From Eledone cirrhosa (Eukaryota), in contig OZ024742.1 in NCBI GenBank assembly GCA_964016885.1, positions 115,196,001 through 115,260,000 on the forward strand: a stretch of 64,000 nt of DNA, written 5' to 3'. Shown piece after piece: positions 15,590-29,039 of this stretch (position 1 is its first letter; each line of letters begins with the position of its first letter). Position numbers and translations under genes: made by a program. The notes beneath the pieces were generated by a model. It was not told where the DNA came from. It did not search any database and was given only the letters and a program-made list of their open reading frames with translations.

Positions 15590-16170
15590 CGTTCATCGCC
15601 GAAAGTCAGTGATTTTTGCCGGTCTTATGTGCGTCAGTAAAAAATCTCGTGCATTTCTTAAACTCGCAACGACTAGGCTCTTTTTAGATCGGCCTTTACT
15701 TGCTTGGTTGTAGTTATAGCACTGGTATAAGAGGGTTATATAAGGGTGGTGAATGTGTCCATTATGCTCCATCTTTCCTAGTAATTTAGCGCTGTTGGTC
15801 CGGGGCTCCTTATTCGTCCGTAACGTGTCCATCTATATCGCAACTAAAAATCATATATGGTGGCCGTATCACTATCCGGTAAATGCGACAAATTCTTTAG
15901 TAGAAAAGCGCTCCTGCACACTTGCTATCAAAAACGCATTTTGTATTTACCTTTCTTTAAAGAGGTGGATCCTAGCGGGTTGGAGAGAACATTTTGACTG
16001 TTTCCTAACCCTGTCACAAAAGTGACAGGGTGTACGTGAGGTGCATCTCCAAGCGATGCCTAATCTTTCAGAGATTGAATTCTCAAGAGAAATTGATGTG
16101 CTCATACGTGTCAAGGTCGCGAAGATGGATGGATATCGGTCAGGATTGTTAAAGGGGATCAATTAAGAAG
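15590..16170 (-). pseudogene. Possible highly decayed RTE-type LINE fragment
   Basis: SISLENSISERLGIAW..CDRVRKQ weakly resembles the RTE post-RT EISxRIxKA...RVW block; weak similarity only. Confidence 0.3.
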
Positions 16171-16997
16171 GTATACTATGGTTTATTCTTGTGTGTAGTG
16201 GCACTGCTCTCTGTTAACGCACCGAAGCTATGGCAAATGGGAATTATAATCAGTGTTTTCTAAAGTGGGGCATGAGGGAATATTCAAGTTATAGAGAGAT
16301 CTCCTTATTAAAAATACCCGGTACAGTCTATCTTAAATATCTGGCAAAAAGATGTAGGGAGATTTTCGATTTCAAACTAGATGTGAACACTGTGGTTTTT
16401 GTCCTGAACTCACTAAATATTCACCATGCGTCAAGTATTTGAGAGATCGTATGACAAATGACAAGAGGAGTATTATTGCTTCGTAGATTCAAAGAACATA
16501 CTTAAGCGTTCCACGAAATAGGCTATGGAATGTTCTGCAGGAGTATGTGATTGACGGAAAGCTTCTATTATTTTGATGTGACCATGCGTGTCTTATTAAA
16601 TGTTCTGGGATAAATGATGCTAAAACGAAACCATTAAATGTGATGATAATCTTCATGATCAGGATTGACATCCACAGCTAGGCTTCAAGTCGCATCTTGA
16701 TTACCTGATGAAAGATCAATCCGCTAACATTTCCAGCTAAGTAACTCGGCAGAAAAAGATCTCAGAAAAATATTCTAAAATGTTCTCAATATATTAAGCA
16801 GTAGTGAAAATATTGATATTGTTGATGCGCGTTAATTCAAGGTTAACACTACATCTCGCGTATTGTATGCCTACAATTGTTTTATCTAATACATTTTATT
16901 ATTCCTGGTGGCAAAGAGAATTTGAATGATATTCTTAACATGAATTTTGCCGTCATATAAAAACAATAAAATATATAGCTATAAAGAAATAGTATAG

Positions 16998-17065
<68 letters not shown>

Positions 17066-17574
17066 ACCCGTAATGCTAGATGGAGATGTAAGAGCATGTT
17101 AGATCTGACGAAGACCATCTAAACTCTAGTTCTATTCAGAAGTGATTTTTCCAGAGAAGGACTGAGAGAGAAAGAGATAAAGAAAAAGAAAGATATAGAG
17201 GAAAAATCGACCCCTGTCCAGGATCAGTATTAATATATCATACATTTTGGAATGATGAAATGAAAAGTGTACCATGGAGTGTTTTGAAATAAGAAGGCAC
17301 ATAGCCGGAAAGAATATTGCAATACATAGTAAACATCTTCTTCATGAGTCCGCCAATCTCCTCCTAGTAAGTACCATAATGCTTAGAACATATTGTAACA
17401 TAATTTAAAATAACACTCACTCAAATATAAATGACTCAATAGTATAAACATTTCTGATGATGTATTGAGTGAAATAGAATGGTTAAGATTGACATTTGTT
17501 GCAGAGGTAAGCATTTATTGCTCCAGCCCATAAAATGTTAGTGTTAAAGGACAATGAGATTTTATTATTATTAT

Positions 17575-17685
17575 CCCGCCCAGGTTGACTTTGCCTTTCA
17601 TCCTTACGGGGTGGATAAAATAAAGTACCAGTAATGCACTGGGTAATTGCTGGCCTTGTGCCTAAAGTACAAATAAATTATTATT
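17575..17685 (+). mobile_element. 5'-truncated SINE (10195 family)
   Basis: cccgcccaggttgactttgcctttcatccttacggggtggataaaataaagtaccagtaatgcactgggtaattgctggccttgtgcc. Confidence 0.8.
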
Positions 17686-17760
17686 TTGATGAAATTAAGA
17701 AATGGTTAAGAGCGTTTAATATGCTAAAAGTTACCATTAATATGTTGATTTGCGATGTGT

Positions 17761-17780
17761 TACTATTACTACTACTGCTG

Positions 17781-17811
<31 letters not shown>

Positions 17812-17812
17812 A

Positions 17813-17889
<77 letters not shown>

Positions 17890-17911
17890 TACTACTGCTA
17901 TTAATAATAAT
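17761..17911. repeat. Compound (TAC)n-(TAA)n microsatellite at the 3' end of the old Tx1 copy
   Basis: Direct reading. Confidence 0.9.
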
Positions 17912-18153
17912 GCTTTCTTTATTAACCACAAGGGTCTACCTAAAGTAGACATTAAGGACAATACAGGGCGGTACAAATGGGCATTTCTGCGTGTAAAAAA
18001 AAGAAGAAACAGAGGATTTAATAATAGAACAATGAAAAAATTCCCCAATAGACGGGAGACCTCCGAGGGACATTCGTGGAGAAAGCCCATTAAAATGCCA
18101 CAGTGACCCTGACCACATGGGCAAGAGCCCTCTCCCAGTTTTCCATCTTTAAT

Positions 18154-21100
18154 TTACAGACACATAGTCAGAGTAGGCCCATTCACTCGGGCCATTCTTG
18201 CCTCTCTCACCCATCTCTCAACAAAATGCTGGGAAGAGAGCACTTCCCTCTCTTCTTTGATTTTCTTTTTCAAATGCAATTTGAAAAAGTCAAGCAGGGC
18301 ATCACCGAAGAGGTAAGTGCTCGTCTTCATCAGTTTCAAACGTGTCCACCATATTATCTCTTTCGCCATGGCCACCAGACAGATAAAAACTGCCTGCCCT
18401 TCCCGGCTAAAGGAATAGGGCGCGGCGATCCTCACGGAGGATTCAGCTGATAGCTGGATCCGTCCTACACGCGACAGCAGGTGTTCGATATAAACCCACA
18501 AGTCAGCAATGCACGGACACTGTACGAGTACGTGCAAGACGGTCTCATCGCCCTGCGCGCATCTCGGACATACACGGCTGACGGCATCTCCATGCCTGTA
18601 GAGTTTATCCCGAACTGGCAAAGCTCCTCGGTAGCACTTCCAGGCCAGGGATTTCTGGAAGTTGTCCATAGGCCCCGGCCCGAAAGTTCTTCCGAAGGGA
18701 TTGGCTAGTTGATTTTCGTCGATGCCGAGAGTTTCCCCAATTACGTCGTCGCTCTTCCCCTCCACTAATCCTATATAGAACGCCAAGGTGGAGTTTCCAC
18801 CGATCAGATTGCCCGATTGGTCGAGGGCTGTGAGCGCCTGAAGACATTCCAGTCTCCAAGCGCTCCCTCTCTGTCTTCGCTTGACCCAGGACTGCTGCTC
18901 CACCAAGGAGACGAGCTGGGGAAAGACGCGTCTAGCAAACGGAGACCACACCTGATCACCGTCGAGGAAAAGGTGGAGATGTCGTAGCCTGAGCGCGTGT
19001 CTGCGCATCATCAGCAATGGCATTCCCAGCCCTCCACGTAGAGGGTGTTGACAGCAGATGGACCGCCTGACCATCGGAGCGCGTCCCTTCCACAAAAAGC
19101 GAAAGAGCAAACGCTCCAGCGCAGTCAGGCGGGGCTTAGGACAAGGTACGACGGTCAGGCGGTAGTAGATGACGGAGGCGACATACGCGTTAGCCACCTC
19201 CACTCGACCTTTCAGGGATAACTTCCTCTCGGCCCATTTTTGGGTGAGAGAAGCCACCCTGCTCGTCACCTCGTTCCAGTTTCTGTCCGTCTGGAGATCC
19301 GGACCGAACCAGACCCCGAGCAATTTAACTGGTCCGTCCGTCCAGCGCCCGACGACGCTGTTGGACGGCATGGACCTACCTCTCCAGGTGCCGAGCTGCA
19401 GGCCCACTGACTTTTCCTTGTCAATCATTGCTCCTGTAACCGCTTCGTATTCTTTTAGTGTAGTGCCGATCGCTTCGATATGTTTGGCGTTCGACACCAC
19501 TACGGTGACATCGTTCGCATATGCTGACACGGATATTCCGCATCCTAGTTCGCGCGGGAAACCCCCCCCCAATGTCACCAGTGTGTGTAGTAATGGCTCG
19601 AGCGTCAATACGTTCAAGAGGGACGAGAGAGGGCATCCTTGGCGGACCGAGTGCATGAAGTTGAACGCTTCCGAAAGGTGACCGTTCACTCTCACCACTG
19701 AGCAGATATCGCTGTGCATGGCAGCGATCTAGCCCCTGAAGGCGGGTCCAAAGCCAGCCGCCCTTTGGACTGCCGCTAGGTAACGATGGTCGACTCTATC
19801 GAAAGCTTTCGACTCATCTAAATTGATCAAGGACCCACCCGTGCCAGGTTTCCTAGCTACCCTCACTACGATGTATCGCATGAGGTGGAGTTTGTCGTGG
19901 ATGGATCTGTCGGGAATGGCAACGACAAGTGCCAACCTCTTTGCTAGCACCTTGGCCAAAATCTTGAACTCTGTGTTTAGCAGAGTTATGGGCCTAAAAT
20001 TATCTATGTTATCCCTCTTGTTCGGATGCTTTCTCAGCAGCGCCACCGATCCTCGGCTCACAGAGCTGGGAATTCTCCCGTTCTGTTGCCAGTTGCCGTA
20101 GACGTTCGCCAAGAGGCCTCCGAACAAGTTTAGCATCTGTACGTAAAGTTCATAGGGCAGACTAACCAAACCAGGCGATTGACCCCTTGTGCAGCTAGTG
20201 ATTGACTCCCGTACTTCAGCGGCTGTTATCGGCTTTTCGCAACACTCCACCTCAGTGGCCGAGAGCCACGGCAATCCGTCGAGGTAGACACTGAAATCCA
20301 TCCCTCGATCCGGCCCGCCGCTGCCCCCGAACAACTGAGCGAAGTGTCGCTGAAAAGCTTCACACATTTGCCCGGGATCTAGTAGCATGTGCCCGTCGTG
20401 GTCCACCAAAGACCGGATCGTGGCTTTGTTGGCACGACGCGCCTCTGACACTCGGGCCGATTGAAGGCTGTCCTCTCCTCGTTTTCTGCGAGCACGCACC
20501 CTAGCTCTGACAACGCAGCCTTCGTGATTTACATTGAAGAATTGGTTAAGGGCCAATTTCACCGCAAGCACGTCGGTCGCGATGCCTCGTCTAATGTTCT
20601 AACTAATTCTCCCTCTGCTCTATTTTTCACTATTGCTAAAGCCTTACTAAACCTAATGGACTCTATTCTAATTTCTCTTTTCAGAGCAAACCACCACTTG
20701 TTGACGATGGCGCCCGTCAACGCCCGGTTAACTAGTTCGCTAATCCTGTCTCTGTAGGCCTTGCGCGCTGGTAAGGACCCGTTTACCTTCAGGTAGCCGG
20801 GCCCTCGTCTATGAAGCCTATCTAAGTCAAGCACACAGATCACGAATTTATGGTCCGTGTAGCTGACTATCTTGAATTGTGGACAGCCTATGCTAGACAT
20901 ATCTATTTCTCTACAAAATACTCTATCTAGATATGATCTTGATGACCCTATGCGATTTGACCAAGACCACATTGGCACATTCGGGAAATCCAATCGGTAC
21001 CTATCAGACAGTTCAAATCGCTTGAGCAGGTTGGTGAGGCTATTGCATCCTCCTCCGCTATTCGCTAATCCCGCACAGTACCACGTGGATCTAAGATCCC

Positions 21101-21527
21101 GTTCCATCGCCCACTTACACTAACGAACGGGACGTTCCTAGAAAGGTCTCCAGACGCCGGAGAAATCAGGCCGCACTGCTCCTCTCGGGGCATAGACGAC
21201 CAGTAGCCTTAAAGCTTGCCCTCTCTGCTGGTCACGTCTAGCTCCACCAACTTACCTTCTGGGTCCAGGAAAATGGCCCGTTTGGCGAGATCCAAAACCT
21301 CTCCGAAAAAGCACAGCAACTCCTCCCCCCGGTCCAGGACGGCTGGGAGATGCGTACACATCGTAGCCGCCGAAGTTCGGTGCGAAGGCCCGTACTTCGG
21401 AGACTCTGGTCTCCCTGATGGCCACTACATCTATGCTTAGTGACCTGAGGTCGTTGAGCAGGTGGCCCTGCTTCCATGACGACCCCAAGCCGGGCGTATT
21501 TATGCTGCCTATTCTGAGTGATGTCAT
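18154..21527 (-). pseudogene. Disrupted ORF2 (APE endonuclease-RT-zinc finger)
   Basis: MTSLRIGSIN start, LDR/TDH, RPITLLN, KAFDRV, QGCPLS, YAND (catalytic YADD mutated), CPRC..H..C; several frameshifts and stops. Confidence 0.9.
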
Positions 21528-21573
21528 GTTGAAATGGAGTGGAAAAGATCGGAAAATACCACTTACCTTATTC

Positions 21574-23493
21574 TCACAGAGGAAGGATTTTTTCTCCATC
21601 CTTTTCACTGATTCTGGCCTCCTCCGGAAGGATGTCCTTATAAATCCTCCTGGAGAGTGCTTGTCGGAAGTCTCCGATGTCTTTGGGGAATTTTTGTTTT
21701 AGTGTTGTGTAAGTTTTCTGTGTGATGCGAGTGATTTGTATGTGTGGAGGTGGTGTGAACTTTTGGGGTGTTGTGTAGTCTTTTTCTGTTATGTTGGTGT
21801 TGTGTTGGATGTATTGTAATAGTTGGTTGTTGTTCAAATTTAATGGTTTGTAGTGTGTATCGTTTTGGTTGTTTTGTAATGTTTGCGTTTGTTGTCGGTT
21901 TGTTTCTGCTTCGCTTTTTGGTGACATTCGTGATGTAGGTGATGGTGGTGTTGGGGTTAATGTTGGGACGGTGTTGGTATTTGTGGTGACGGGGTTGGTG
22001 ATGCTGGTGTGGATGGTGGCACAGCTGTCCTAACCTATTTGTTTAATGGTTTATTTGTTTCCTTTGTATTTTGTTTTTGGAGGGGGAAGGAAGAGTATTG
22101 TTTTTCTTTTTTTCTTTTTCTTTTTACTTTTTTAAACTTTTTTCCTGATACCGTTTCCCACTCCTCGTCGTCACAATCTGTCTCCAGTTGCGATAGGTCG
22201 GGTCGGGGAGAATCCTCCACAGGCGTTGGTTTTGGTTCTGGCGTGGTGGATGGTGTAGGGCTGGTGCTAGTTGTAGCGCGTTGGATGGTGGTGGGTTGGT
22301 TTTGCTACTGTTGCTTCTCTTTTTCCTGCTACAGCTATTGCTGCCATTTCTGCTGCTGGTGGTGTTGATGGTTGAGTCACTGTGGTGGGTAAGAGAGGTG
22401 TTCTCAACTTTTTAGCCTGAGGGCAGAAATCCCTTAGGTGGGTTCCTTCACCCCAAACGACACACCTAGGCCTTCTACCCTCGACGATTACGGTGAGGTG
22501 GCTGCTGTCAGTGTAGGTCTATACCCTCTGGGATCTCCTGAATTATTTTTTGGTCCGCTTGGATCAGGAGCTCCATCCCAGATCCGGACCAGATCTCCTG
22601 CTTTTCTTTTGCTATTTCTATTATTTTGGTGTTGGCCTCGATACCGGCGAGGACGGCAGCCATTAGCCAGGGATTTTTGATGGCCGGTGGGAGTGGGTCA
22701 CCCTGATCTTTACGAGTCCCTGGCCACAATAGCTTGGGACGAGTGTGAAGTCGTCGCTACTTAATGGGACCATGGAGTGTTCTCTGGCCTCTTGTGATAT
22801 TCCAAAGAACACGTCTACGGTTCCATATGTCTGCCCACGTCTGATGTGGGTTTTTCTTGCCCACACATGTCTCAAAGCTTTTTGGATTTGGGACTCGGAT
22901 GCCCGTTCCACTCGACTGATTTTATGTTAATCGTCCGATAAGACACGGTGCATAGGCGGCGATGCTCTATTTTATTTGGTGGTGGTGGCGGGTGGGGGTG
23001 AGGCTGATCGTGTAACCATCGTTCCTTACCATTCTATTGGCTTCATCTAATTCCTCCTGAGTTACCTGGATTGTTTCGCATTTTTTGGCTACTTTGGTAA
23101 ATGACAAGGTGTTAGTCTCATTGTTGTTGTTGCTGTTGTTGTTATTGTTATGTTTGTTATAGTTATTTTTAGTTTCAGTTGTGGTAGTGGTGGCGGCAAT
23201 GGTGTTCGGTGTGGAAGAGTCCATTCTGGGTGAATCCATTTCGATGTCACGAGATAATTTATGTTTTTCTTTTGTTTCTGTTGTCGCTGTGGTGGTGATG
23301 GTGTGGTGGTTTCAACACCTGCAGTATTTGGTAATGGCGGGAAATGAAGGTCTGCATGCGACAAATTTAAACTATTGCTACTGCTTATATTTTTAGTGTT
23401 GGCAAACGTAGTAATATTTACAATGGTAGTGTTGCTGTGAGGTGATAGTTTGTGAGGAAGGCTGTCACCCTGGTGTAGCTGTGAATCGTCCAT
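21574..23493 (-). pseudogene. Disrupted ORF1 of the old Tx1 copy
   Basis: Fragments such as ERASESQIQKALRHVWARKTHI..VPSYCGQ and WETVSGKKFKK are homologous to array ORF1. Confidence 0.8.
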
Positions 23494-23744
23494 GTTTTTT
23501 TCAAATTAATTTCTTGTTTGATAATTATAAAAGTTTAAATGTTGGGCTCAAGGCCCCATCTTTTTGAGTGTCCTTTTCCGAAAGCAAATTATGTGACCTT
23601 ATAAACACTTAACAACAAACATGTTCTATAAATGGCAATCTGAAACAACAGAAAACAACAACCCTTTTCAGAGCTCACGATGATACGATTTCTTACGTAG
23701 GTCGCCAATAATAATAATAATAATAATAATAATTACTATAATAA

Positions 23745-23932
23745 TAATTGTTTCTACATTTAGCACAATGCCAGCAATTACGCATTGGCATTACTGGTAC
23801 TTTATTTTATTTACAACGTAAGGATGAAAGGCAAGGTTAACCTCGGCAGGATTTGAACTCAGACCATAAAGGACATAACTATTTTGGAAAGCATTGCATC
23901 CGACCCTCTACCGATACTGCCATTCCACCGCT
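23745..23932 (-). mobile_element. SINE (10195 family) whose (ATT)n tail abuts the 5' end of the old Tx1 copy
   Basis: Reverse complement of the SINE consensus; tail 23707-23748. Confidence 0.8.
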
Positions 23933-23973
23933 CTTAATAATAATAATGGTTTCATTCATTGGACAAAAGGGCC

Positions 23974-24028
<55 letters not shown>

Positions 24029-24031
<3 letters not shown>

Positions 24032-25440
24032 AACGAGTAGGACCCCGACGGCTGAGCTCAACCCATTTCGACGGCTAATTCAGGACTAAGTGAACATTTA
24101 TCTTGGTATTTGAATAGCCGAACTTCTCAAGAGTAATTCCATATATGGTCAAAGTGATTGTCACAGGGATTGGTCAAAAAGTTAGTAGTTGAGACATAAT
24201 AATTCATTGATGGCAATTTGTGGCGGGAGGGGTAGCTAAACCTGCCAGTAGGAGAAAGAGGGAGAGGAGAAGGAGGAGACCCATTCATGCGTTGATAGTG
24301 CCGGCTACAGCTCGGCGTGAGGTCAAAGAAAATACTAGGGACGGGGAGGGGGAGGAAGTCGAAACAGTAAGTAGAACAATGAGGGGCAAATATATAATAA
24401 CTGAAAGTGTTAGAAAGCGATTAAATGTAAAAAAGAAAATAAACGAATTCTGGTTACTACGACCTAAGTCTTTCAGTATTGCTATGCTAAAGAAATATAT
24501 TAGGTGGGGCGGAATTAAAAAGAGACCCTTTTAAGAGGTATAAGTACATATATCAAACGGTGACGGGTCTACAAGTGAGGGGCCAAAATACTAAAGAAAC
24601 TACCACAAAATAATAAAGGTTTCCACCCCAGGCACAAGGCCAGCAACCACCCATGCAAAAAAGTAAACTAGCAAGAAATAATAATTCAGAGTCCCGAAAA
24701 AGAATACTAATACTGTCTCTAAGGGTAGCGCCACGATACAAAAGTACTAGTACAAGCTACATAAAAGCTCGTACGAAGTAAAAGTAAAATACGGAAAATT
24801 GGTTCGACACCCCCTAAAAAAAAAAAAAATAATAATAATAAATAAATAAATACTGATAAACGAGAAATTAAAGCAAAGATGCCACTAACAAATATAGAGA
24901 GCACGGAAAAGGGGTGGGGGTACTGAGGCTACAACGGACCGAGGGGCTGCCTCGGGTAGGCGAGAAAAAGACGACGACAAAGAAAAGGAACTGGGGTGGA
25001 AGGACTAGGGAGGGAAGGAGGGATGGGGAAGAAGGGAATAAAGAGGATGCGATAAAAAGATATAAAAGAAGATCTTACTTCTCCCATAGCAAGCAGGGGT
25101 TACCCATTACAAAATCGGCAAGTGGGGTGTTATGACCCTAGTCTACCCCCGGGTCATTATGGGGTTTGAGCGCGAGGTAAGTCCTACGCAATCTGTGTTT
25201 ACATGCAGTAACCAGTTCATCTTTCTTGTTTAGGAGTTGGTCCGTTGAAAACAGCATTTGTAAAGTTTCCTCCGAGTATAAATTGCACGGACGGCGTCCT
25301 CCCGTGCAGGAGTTGGCTCTGGACAGTAAACTCCAAGTGAGATCATACGTAATGTTGTTATCCTTGGGGTCCCATGTGTGGCCCGAAATGATACCACGAA
25401 ATGATACCACGCCGTATCCAGACTTTTCCGCTAATACGGT
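24029..25440 (-). mobile_element. PLE (Naiad-like) 3' remnant
   Basis: ORF 25138-25410 ..YDLTWSLLSRA..RPCNLYSEE..LLNKKDELVTACKH matches the PLE GIY-YIG tail; terminal region shared with 1-300; ends at (TA)n. Confidence 0.7.
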
Positions 25441-25525
25441 GAAAGCTTATAATTTCTAATTTCTAATTTCAAACTCGCGCACCGTTTCAAAAACATACTT
25501 ACATGTTTACGTTTATAATTTGCTT

Positions 25526-25573
<48 letters not shown>

Positions 25574-25605
25574 CAAAATAACAGATTACAGTTTAACCAA
25601 TGAAT

Positions 25606-25660
25606 CGCATTACTGGTACTTTATTTTATCGACCCCGTAAGGATGAAAGGCAAAGTTAAA
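25606..25660 (-). mobile_element. SINE internal fragment
   Basis: cattactggtactttattttatcgaccccgtaaggatgaaaggcaaagtt. Confidence 0.7.
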
Positions 25661-25739
25661 GTATGAATATATATAATGATATCCATTAAGTATTAACGAA
25701 TGTGTGTGTCAGACAGAAATGCTTCATCGGATAATAATT

Positions 25740-27150
25740 CAATAGATGGGTAGTGTTTGGCAAGTCCAATGGTGAAGATGGGATCCGGCCTGAGATGTTA
25801 AAAACCTTAAATACAGACGGTATGCTCTGACTGACTCGTATGGACCTGAATCTCTGGAAAGGCAACTAATCAATGTCAATCGGGAGAAATAATCCCAATT
25901 TTTAAAAAAATATAACAAAAATTGATCCATTGAGAAAGGGATCTACTTGATACGCCTCCTCGTCTATGAGACTGCCAAAAAGGTGCAGGGACATTTTCGA
26001 GTTCAATTAGGCTAATAAGCAATGCGGCTTTCACCCCGGACGAAGCACTACCGACCCTAAACTCACATTGCGGTAGGTCTTAGAGAAATAGCGGGTGTAT
26101 TGCTAAGAGATATAATTTTGTTTTGAAAAGTAATATAACCTCATTCCTCGGGAATTCTGTGGAAGGTTGTGCAGGAGGATGGCGTCGATGGTCAGCTTCG
26201 TGTTGCCTTGATGTACATACACGAATGCCCGGGTATCTATCGTGTTCGGATAAATGTTGCTAAATCGAGAACATTTAAAGAAGGAGTCGGATTCCGTCTA
26301 GTGTGCGTACTCTCACCTTTCCTGTTCATTATTTACATGAACATGATTGACATGTGCAGCTACGTTAAGAGTTGTTTAGTGACAGTCTGCTGGAATTTGC
26401 AGATGGCATGGTGTTACTTAACCCGATAAAGGTGATTTCCATCTTTCACTTGATAGATGTGATGCCGAGTGCTTCATAGACTGAATAAAATACAATGCTT
26501 CGAAAACTGAGACACTAGTCCTTTGAAGGAAGCCTCTGTAGTACACTCTACATGTGAGTGATGTTCCATTAAAGTAAGTAGAATATTGCAAATCTCGGAG
26601 CCGTGTTGTAATGGCAGGAAGCTGAATTAATTGCCAGAATTGCGAAAGCTGGTGCAGTAATACGCCTGCTTAAACATTCAGTAATCAAAACACGCTATTT
26701 TCAATTGGGTATTCGCTCCAACCCTGAGCTATGGTGATGAAACTTGGGTAATGACCGATAGAATTCGATTACGAATATAAGCCACCGAAAAGGGGTTACT
26801 TCTAATGTGTCTTTGGAGTAATGTTACTCTATAGAGTTCGTAACTCGGAGATCAGATTGTAAGTCATAATAGAGCAGCTACTTCTCCGAATCGGGAGATC
26901 ACAACTTCTATTATATTGGCATGTGGTTAGTCTATCTCAGGAAATAATCACTGCACAGATTTTACGAGCCAAACTAAGAAGTGGGAGACCCATGGTTAGA
27001 CCCCGAGGAAGATGGTTTAATTATATTCATAAGCTAGTCTCGTCTCGTTTGGCGATCCTGTCGGATCAGATGGAAATGGCTGCTGCTGAAAGGAACTGGT
27101 GGAAGGAGTGTTTGAGGGCAGAGTCCCCACGACCCCCTCTGGAATAAGTG
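25740..27150 (+). pseudogene. Decayed RTE/RTEX-like LINE RT region with (GAA)n tail
   Basis: Remnant motifs GFRLVCVLSPFLFIIYM (QGCxLSP box), YGDETW, GRPMVRPRGRW; followed directly by (GAA)n. Confidence 0.7.
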
Positions 27151-27153
27151 GGT

Positions 27154-27428
27154 GAAGAAGAAGAAGAAGAAGAAGAAGAAGAAGAAGAAGAAGAAGAAGA
27201 AGAAGGAGGAGGATGAGGAGGAGGATGAGGAGGAGGATGAGGATGAGGAGGAGGAGGAGGAGGGTGAGGAGGAGGAGGATGAGGGTGAGGAGGAGGAGGA
27301 GGTGGACGAGAAGAAGAAGAAGAAGAAGAAGAAGAAGAAGAAGAAGAAGAAGAAGAAGAAGAAGAAGAAGAAGAAGAAGAAGAAGAAGAAGAAGAAGAAG
27401 AAGAAGAAGAAGAAGAGAAGAAGAAGAA
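27154..27428. repeat. (GAA)n-(GAG/GAT)n-(GAA)n compound trinucleotide repeat
   Basis: Direct reading. Confidence 0.95.
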
Positions 27429-29039
27429 GTGCATATCGGTTTGTGCGTTCTAGAAGCGAAATATGAGAGTGAATCTGTATACGAAAGTAATTGCGTTTAT
27501 CAGCTGTGAGTTGTATTGTATGTTTGTTGGAGTAAGTGTGAGGGTGTAAGGATATGTACGTATGTATGTCTCAGTGAGAATTTTATGTATATAGTTTGTA
27601 GGAGCATTTCGTATATTTGCCTGGGACTGTCACCATGTATATATGTACTTGTGTGTTTGTACGATGTAGAAAGTGTAAGAAGGGAATTTAATTCAAATGA
27701 AGGTTATGTTACGAGGCTGGAGTTTAGGGAATCCATATTACACCTGAAGATATAGTCTGAATGATTGTAATCGTCATGTGGTCAGAATGAAAAATGAGAT
27801 AAACGAGAATGTGCAATAAATAATCAACTTATGCAAAATAACCAATGTTATCATTAAGATAAACTTTTGGACAAGGGATCTCTTTATGTTAACCTCGACC
27901 CCACTACATTTATATACGCAGAGATAAAAGAAGAACGAGAGATGTAGTGAAACACACATCTATAAATGTATATATATATATATATTAAGTTGTTAAACAA
28001 TATTCGATGATTATGTCAAAGAATGAGTTTTACAGTAGTTTGGAAGCACTCAACTGTGAATATTTTCAGGAGTTATTAATATTAAAATATAAGTATTAAT
28101 AAAATAGATCTTCTTTTGATCAATTACATTTTATTATACATACTTCGGATGTCCAACGGTAAGTCCTCATCAGAAAAATATAATGATACATGACATACCC
28201 TGAGATGTTAAATGGTTAAGATTTAATCAAGGTAGTGATTACCTGATAGAAAATGTTACTTATATAATATATGTGTGAATGTGCGAAAACGTAATAAATT
28301 CATTAGAGAATGTGTGAGTAAGAAAAAAACATTGCATACTGTAAGTGTTCTAAAATGTTGAATTGTATGATACAATCTAGGGAAACGGCTCATGAATCAT
28401 AACAGCCAGTGATAGCCACTGGAAAAAGATTTATAAGGAGGGAAAGATAAAGTGTGGTTTTTTTTTTTCGAAAATTAAACGGTTAGATTTGAAAATATTT
28501 AATTTATAATATTAATGTGAAGACCCCAGATTTCAGGATTATTTGCTATTTATTTATATATTATTTATATAAATTCGATAAGTGTGTTATCATTTCTAAA
28601 CTTCTGAATTGTGAGAATAACATTTCAAGGATTTAGCTGGCACATAAAGAAAAATATTATACTTTTGATTAATTACGTAAATCTAAACTTTAACAAATAT
28701 ACCAACATGAAAAGCTTTTGAAGTACTTATTGTTATAAACATTTTAAATAACTATTATGTATATATTAATGAGCCAGTATGTTTAAGGTAAATAATATCC
28801 ACGAAGATAAAAATAAAATGATATGTTACGGATAAATATATAAATATGTATAACTGTGTGTAAATGTACTAATTATTCTTCAACCAAGATATCAACATGT
28901 TATTAGATATAGGGATGTATATATATATAGATATATATATTAGGTATTATTAGTGTAGTATACTTTAGGTAAATGATAACAGTTATACGCTTAACAACGT
29001 GTTACATTTCAATATATTTATATATATACATATAAGAAA

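Larger units (their letters stand above)
17912..23706 (-). mobile_element. Full-length, degraded L1/Tx1-type non-LTR retrotransposon (older subfamily)
   Basis: ORF1 and ORF2 remnants, 3' UTR ending ggttaataaagaaagc(att)n as in the array copies, (AAT)n tract at the 5' flank. Confidence 0.9.

Noticed and set aside
17449-17482. CTGATGA...GAAA motif (a similar CTGATGAG occurs at 12141)
   Set aside because: No stem II or III pairing and no cleavage triplet.
28127-28185. Minus-strand CTGATGA-GGA..TCC-GAAG hammerhead-like motif
   Set aside because: A15.1 is lost and stems I and III do not pair convincingly; at most a dead remnant.
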